NCBI GenBank assembly: GCA_020137815.1
Contig: CM035360.1
Coordinates: 3,162,001 to 3,226,000 of the forward strand
DNA from: Hormiphora californensis
Taxonomy: Eukaryota > Animalia > Ctenophora
Direction of reading: 5' to 3'
Length of the DNA stretch: 64,000 bases
Shown: positions 14,147-64,000 of the stretch, piece by piece
How the letters are laid out: every line of letters starts with the position of its first letter
Numbering within the stretch: the first letter of the stretch is position 1
Program-made: the position numbers and the translations under genes
The notes under the pieces: model-generated
Told to the model about the DNA's origin: nothing
Database searches by the model: none
The model's input: the letters and a program-made list of their open reading frames with translations, nothing else

Positions 14147-15016
14147 GGTAAGTCGGAAGAACCTGTCCGTTCCTCTCATGAGCGCTCATGAGTGTATCAT
14201 GAGTGTGTCATGAGTGTATCATGAGTGTATCATGAGCGCTCATGAGACGTTTTTAGGTGTTTCAACGTCTCATGAGCGCTCATGAGTGTATCATGAGTGT
14301 GTCATGAGTGTATCATGAGCGCTCATGAGTGCTCATGAGACCTTGCTCATGAGCGCTCATGAGACATATGTCTCATCCCATCTCTGTTTCAATGTCTCAT
14401 GAGCGCTCATGAGACGTTTTGACCTACATGTGCTCATGAGTGTATCATGAGACATGTCTCATGAGACATATCTCTCATGAGACGTTAGGGTTATGGTTAT
14501 GGCTGGGTTTAGGGTTGGGCTAGGGTTAGGGCTTTCCTTTAGGTCTAGGGACCCGTAGAGGGTAGGGCTAGGTCCAAGCCTATGGGTCAACCCTAACCCT
14601 ATCCCTACGGGTCCCTAGACCTAAAGGATAACCCTAACCCTAGCCCAACCGTAAACCCAACCCTAACCCTAACCCTAACGTCTCATGAGACATATGTCTC
14701 ATGAGACATGTCTCATGATACACTCATGAGCACATGTAGGTCAAAACGTCTCATGAGCGCTCATGAGACATTGAAACAGAGATGGGATGAGACATATGTC
14801 TCATGAGCGCTCATGAGCAAGGTCTCATGAGCACTCATGAGCGCTCATGATACACTCATGACACACTCATGATACACTCATGAGCGCTCATGAGACGTTG
14901 AAACACCTAAAAACGTCTCATGAGCGCTCATGATACACTCATGATACACTCATGACACACTCATGATACACTCATGAGCGCTCATGAGAGGAACGGACAG
15001 GTTCTTCCGACTTACC
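14147..15016. mobile_element. 870-bp foldback element with 8-bp TSD (Merlin-like GG termini)
   Basis: Near-perfect palindrome GGTAAGTCGGAAGAACC...GGTTCTTCCGACTTACC; TCTTCGTC duplicated at 14139-14146 and 15017-15024; arms built of TCATGA-containing repeats, centre TTAGGG/CCCTAA-like. Confidence 0.92.
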
Positions 15017-16489
15017 TCTTCGTCTCCACCAAAGTTTCGAGAGTTCTCGACACTTTGGTGTTTTACCACTTTTACTCTGAGACCACTCGTAAACTGTTCG
15101 TAGTTCAAAGTACCCTCGTACCCATCATGGTTATTTGACGGCCACAGGCCAATGATTTTGCAGGGAACTGGGAAGGAGCTGGGCCTCCGGCCTAGCGCGT
15201 CCCTGTGGAGTCAGTGTGGACACTGGACCGAGCCCTGACCGAGCCCTGACCGGCTGACCGTCAATACTCAATGGGTGTGAAACTTCCCCACAAGCAGGGC
15301 CTAGGTAGTAGGTACCAGGTGTGTAAGGGGTAGAGCCCCATTCCCTACGAGCATGGACAAGGGTTGGGAGGCTAAGACAGTTTTTGAAAAATTTGGAGCG
15401 GTTTTCAAAACGGCATTTTCAAATTTTTAAAAATTTAAATTTCGCGTGTGTGTGATCTGACACGGACGCTCTACTCGCGCGGCGCTGCATTACCAAATTG
15501 CACGCTGCATTCTAGCGCGCGCGGCAGTTTATAAAAAGTTTCTTTGTGTGTGTGTGTTTTTTTTTTGTTTCAAAATTCGCTCCTCTTCTCGAGCCTCGAC
15601 TTCGGCGGGCGCGATTATAATCTGGGTGCCTTGCAGCCTGTTTACATGTGCGCGCTACCAAAAGAGTACACTTAGACCGACTTTTTTCAAACGGCTATAG
15701 CCACGCAACCACATGGCCAATTTGAGTAAACTAAACGGTATCTGTAAGAGAATCGATAGCCCTAACCGATAACCCCAAACCAAACCCTAACCAGACCCTA
15801 ACGGCTAGCCCTAACCCGTCGCGCGCGCCAAAACTAAGAATTGTTGGCAATGAAAGGCACCCAGATTTTAACGTTTTCCGACTTCGGCATGCGCTGCAGG
15901 TTCATGATGTGCCCCATCTTCAAGCGGAGCCTTTAGTGTCGCTGCTCCAGCCATATGGAACTCTCTCCCCCGCTCCCTCCGTGAAACAACCTCCACATCG
16001 GCCTTCCGATCCAGCCTAAAAACTCATTTCTTCAAAGAGGCATATGACCTCTAAAATCGTTATCAAAATCCAAAAGAGACTCCTCAGACAATTGTGTGTT
16101 TTTTTGTGTATTTCTGAGTGTGTTTCTAAGTCAAGTGTTTCCAGTGTTTTTTGAGTACAGAGGTCTTAGAGCGTTTCTCCAAGTGTTCTAGTGCTTTTTC
16201 TAGTGTGTTCTAAGCGTTTTTATATTTATTTGTTAATGCTTGCCTGCCTGCCTGCCTCTTTTTTGTGATGAGTTTTTTCAAAACCCCGGGCTGTTTTTCA
16301 GACTCATTTGTTTCCAGTATATGTGTGTATGTGTGTGTCTTTTTTAAGTGTGATCTAAGTGGTTTTTATATATTTGTTACGGGATGGAAGTTTCTATTTT
16401 TTATGAGTTTTAATTTTTTGGGCGTACCCAGGGCTGTTTCTTTTGTAGACGAATTGTAGAGATAATTTATTGATGACCTAATTTATTGA

Positions 16490-16670
16490 TAAAAGAAAGA
16501 AAGAAAAAAGCAACAAAAAAAACAAAAAAAAAACAAAAAAAAAAAAACAAAAAAAAAACAAAAAAAAAAACAAAACAAAACAAAAAACAAAAAAAAAAAA
16601 AAAAAAAAACAAAAAAAAAAAACAAAAAAAAAACAAAAAAAAAACAAAAAAAAACAAACATAAAAAAAAT
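16490..16670. repeat. A-rich low-complexity tract
   Basis: Runs of A punctuated by C. Confidence 0.9.
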
Positions 16671-17324
16671 CCCCTACCTACCCCCCCCCCTCCTTGGTGG
16701 TGTCTCAACCTATGATTCTGGGCGTCTGTTAGTTCCACTAAATATTCTGATTCATAGTTTTGTCCTTAGTTTTGTCCTTAGTCCTGTCTGTTGGTCTGCT
16801 GTTTTTACTGTCGATCTACTACCCATCGGTTTTTCCTTTCACTGTCAGTGCTGTTGTCCTTTCCACTGTGAGTAGTACCCAATCTAGGCTTGAGACACTA
16901 GCCGTCAACCTTGGGAGCAAATAACCCTCCCGAGGAATATACCTCCTCAGAAAACGTGTTGCCGATATTCACGTCCATGCCTGATCAATCACCCATAAGA
17001 AAATCACCTCCTAATCTCACCATACGCCGAAGAAAAAGGACCGCTCTAGGAGCAGGCATCTGGTTGCAGTCACTGTTTTTCGGAAAGGCGGACCATTTGC
17101 ATATTACAAACTGTGTCAGAGCGGGATATAAACTGTTACTATTATTATTATTATTATTATTTATGAATGCTTTTAGAGGGGCCTGCATCATCCACCTTAA
17201 CCTTAGTCAGCTTCTCATAATTAGTTTTTTCCATAACGGCTAAAAAATCGAATGACTCAAACCGGAAAGTTCTCCCAGGTGGTCTGTTAGTTGTTACAAC
17301 TTAATTCTTGATTAGGCTCTCCTC

Positions 17325-60743
<43,419 letters not shown>

Positions 60744-61718
60744 AGCTGGAAATGGAAAGGGCGAAATAAAAATATTTTTATAGACGAGAGTGTAACGAGT
60801 TTTTTAAAGTAGTGCCTGAAAAGACTATGAATGTTTAATGTTTATCCTGCTTTATGGTGTGTCTTTATCTGTATGCCAAACGTCATTATGACGTCATATG
60901 TAGTACTAGTTGTGTGTGTGCATGGGATTGAGCTATCTTTGTGGGACTGCATGTTTAGTTAGACTGCGTCCTGTTTAGCTGAGAGCAAGAGGGGCTAAGA
61001 TCCTAGCTGCTGTTATAACCTTTTTTTTAACTAACTTATTAAAAAGAGTGAACATATACATCTTATACATGTCTTTACGTTTTCTATCCTTATCTTTTAT
61101 CTTTTGTAAATCCACGCCTTTTAGAACTTTGTACCAACGAAAGTAGAAACATCAACCCTTCTCGCGCCGCTTTGGGCTTGTTGAGTATCAACCTTCGGCA
61201 CTTTGTGTGTGTGCCTCTGTGCGTGTTGCTACACCGCACAGCACAGAGTGGTTTGGGCCGTGTGCAGTGATCCCCATGATGTCTCAACTTTCGTTTAAAA
61301 TGGTCAGACACATATTTGGTATAAGGTATAAACGGGATAAAAATGATGGTCTGTACAATAAAACAGTGGTATATCACATAAAATATTTGAGCAGTTAGAC
61401 GGTTTCATAAATCCGACTTTACTACAGTGTTTTGTAGTTTATCACCCCAACTTGTCCGACAAGTTGCTGCGTGAGTCTGGGACCATGCATTGTTCAATTT
61501 TCATTGTTCATTGTTCTCCCACACTTGCCACGACAAACAAAGTCTTCAAAAATTAAAAAGTCCAACTCCAAGTCTCTCTTAAAATTCCTTGGGATGATTC
61601 ACGGTTGCTATGGTAACTACTAGGAACTGCGTCTTCTAGGTTGCTATGGTAACTACGGGTGTATTCTAGGTTGCTATGGTAACTACAAGGGGCTGTGTCT
61701 TCTAGGTTGCTATGGTAA

Positions 61719-64000
61719 CTACGGGTGTATTCTAGGTATGGTCGGGTGTGCTGGTGTACTCAGATCCACTTTCCTCACTACAACTGTAGTCGCTGCTGCA
61801 CGTACACGCATCATATTTATCAATCCACCTAGAGAGAGGGTACTATCAGTATCAGGCATGATAATTGGAAACTCTTTATCAAATTTTGCTAGAAGTTGAC
61901 GCTGTCGGGGCATCAACTCATTTCTCTACATACACTGAATAGCGGTTAGAACTTTAGGTCTTAGAGCATTTAGTTGGCATAACAGAGTTGACGAGACACA
62001 ATCCCTATAACTCTTACATTTGTATTTCGGCCCGTTTTCCAGGGTCAGTTTGAAGGTCCAGCTGTTCAATCAGGAAGTTCTTGTCCACCATTATCAGACC
62101 AGTTTCCTCGAACCCAGGGCTGACCAACTTCTTCTTTGCCCTCTTGTACCTCTCACCTCGAACCTGGGGTCATAGGTTGGTTGGTTGGTGATACCTTAGG
62201 CTGTAGGCAGCCGTCGTTCTACCAAGCTCTTTGAGCGGTGTGACGCGGTGACTCCTAAACTTAAATTAACCCAATCCTTGTGTGTGTGTGGGAGCGGAAG
62301 CGGTAGAGGTTTGGTAATATATGTAGTGAGTGAGAATCTTACTGAGATCTTGGTATCCTTGTCGACCAAGGTTGAGCTAAAAATTTGGACAACAACAAAC
62401 TGGAATTCCCTTCCGAATTATCATTTTCCATCTCTAATATTCTCTTCCTGAGTACTATTAGGGCCAGAAGGGGTCCGGGGGTCTCACCTTGGTGTTCCAC
62501 AAGTTGCTGGATATGTTGAATAGAATCTTGTAGTTCTGTTTGGCCCGGGAACTGATACTCATGACAGTAGCAGATAGAATGGACATGCCGACATAGAGAG
62601 CCAGGGCCCACAGAGCCAGGATCAACTGAGGGAGAGAGAGTTTGAGTTACTCTACAAGGAAGGGAGAGAGAGTTTGAGTTTCTCTACAAGGAAGGGAGAG
62701 AGAGTTTGAGTTTCTCAACAAGGAAGGGAGAGAGAGTTTGAGGAGGGGTATTTGAACTAAGGGGGAGAGTTTGAGGAGCGGTATTTCAACTGAAGGGGGA
62801 GAGTTTGAGCAGGGGTATTTCAACTGAGGGGGAGAGTTTGAGCAGGGGTATTTCAACTGAGGGGGAGAGTTTGAGCAGGGGTATTTCAACTGAGGGGGAG
62901 AGTTTGAGGAGCGGTATTTCAACTGAGGGGGAGAGTTTGAGCAGGGGTATTTCAACTGAGGGGGAGAGTTTGAGGAGCGGTATTTCAACTGAGGGGGAGA
63001 GTTTGAGGAGCGGTATTTCAACTGAGGGGGAGAGTTTGAGGAGCGGTATTTCAACTGAGGGAGGGGGAAGGAGAGTTTGAGCAGGGATGTACCACACGTG
63101 GTACCACACCGGGAACAATGTATAACCTACCACACGGTTCAAGTGGGACTCCTGCTCAAATCTTATCACAAAATCTCCGAATCCGATTGTTGATATGGTA
63201 ACGTATATGAAGTAGATTGCCTCTATGTAACTAATATCCGGGATAACCAGCCGCACAGACCTGCAGGGGAGAGAAGTTAGGAACCAGAATCGAGCGCCCC
63301 TCCTTAGTCAAGTGCAGGGATTGGAAAGATCAGAACCTCAGTTAGACAGAACCGTCGTCAATTCTCTAACCAGTGGTTAGAGAATTGACCACGGTTCTCG
63401 TGCATTCCGATTCGGAGTCCGAAAGAAATGAGAATAGGGCCAGGCCAATGGTCTGACAGCTCTCTCCAGACTTATTGAGTGGGGGTTACTCAAAAACACG
63501 AGACAGTCAAATTACTTACCCCGCACTAAAGATGGTGAAGAGGATGAGTAGAGTACAGGTGAACAGGAAGGTAGCAATGTCTTTCTTCGCTGCGCCACCC
63601 TTCATTAGTCCGCCAATAGACCACACTAGGAACCTGCAGGGAGGGGAGTTCGTAATGTTCAATTACTAGTGGCCAATAGACCACACTATAAGGAACCTGC
63701 AGGGAGGGAAGTTGGAACTAGAGAAACTCGAGTGAGTCCTCATGAGGGCTATTTGTGATTGGGTTTTCTTTTAGTGCCAACTGGGAGACCTAGAGACAGA
63801 ACTCCAGTTGGTTACGACTTGTCACCCCTGTTATTATATCGCATAATTTGGGTGACAAGTCCCATGTTCACAGTAAACAGTTGTAGTACATGTTAATATA
63901 GGGCTTTTGCGGAGGGTTAATTTCATTACCAAGAACTCCAGTACGTGTGCGGTACACTCTACTTTCAGCTTCTCTCTATAGCTGAAGTTCAGCTGCTGAA
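61719..64000 (-). CDS. Two-pore-domain (K2P-like) potassium channel, 3' exons (5' part beyond right edge)
   Basis: Exon ~63260-63110 SYIEAIYFIYVTISTIGFGDFV (pore signature), preceded by a TM exon (~63630-63519) and followed by LILALWALALYVGMSIL (~62625-62488). Terminal exons uncertain. Confidence 0.8.
62760..63065. repeat. 33-bp minisatellite in a K-channel intron
   Basis: gagggggagagtttgagcaggggtatttcaact repeated about 9 times. Confidence 0.93.

Noticed and set aside
14484-14680. Telomere or chromosome-fusion site (TTAGGG facing CCCTAA)
   Set aside because: Degenerate, and explained as the centre of a TSD-flanked foldback element.
16467-16875. Lys-rich and Phe-rich ORFs
   Set aside because: Translations of an A-rich low-complexity tract.
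63349-63398. Perfect-looking 50-bp hairpin as a miRNA or ncRNA
   Set aside because: More likely the centre of a small palindromic repeat; no independent support.

Overview
Intron-rich eukaryotic (animal) genomic DNA, most likely a ctenophore (inferred from repeat families and a lineage-typical extracellular domain; not proven). Three host genes: the 5' part of a Piezo-like channel (minus, ATG 13867, runs off the left edge); a complete multi-exon CAD gene (GATase-CPSase-DHOase-ATCase, plus, 17325-60743); and the 3' part of a two-pore (K2P-type) potassium channel (minus, right edge). Large introns hold nested genes: a small secreted protein inside Piezo (same strand), and, antisense inside CAD, two rhodopsin-like GPCRs and a tandemly duplicated Sushi/CCP-containing gene. 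Many TIR elements have readable target-site duplications (TSDs). The most notable is a 3.5-kb element with Polinton/Maverick hallmarks (AGTAGT termini, ~570-bp TIRs, 6-bp TSD). It encodes no polymerase, integrase or capsid, only three small TATA-preceded intronless ORFs, one resembling a stand-alone N-terminal domain of Polinton protein-primed polymerases. Also notable is an 11-kb CAD intron that appears to be almost entirely a transposon-bounded gene cassette. All family assignments are from pattern recognition without database searches.
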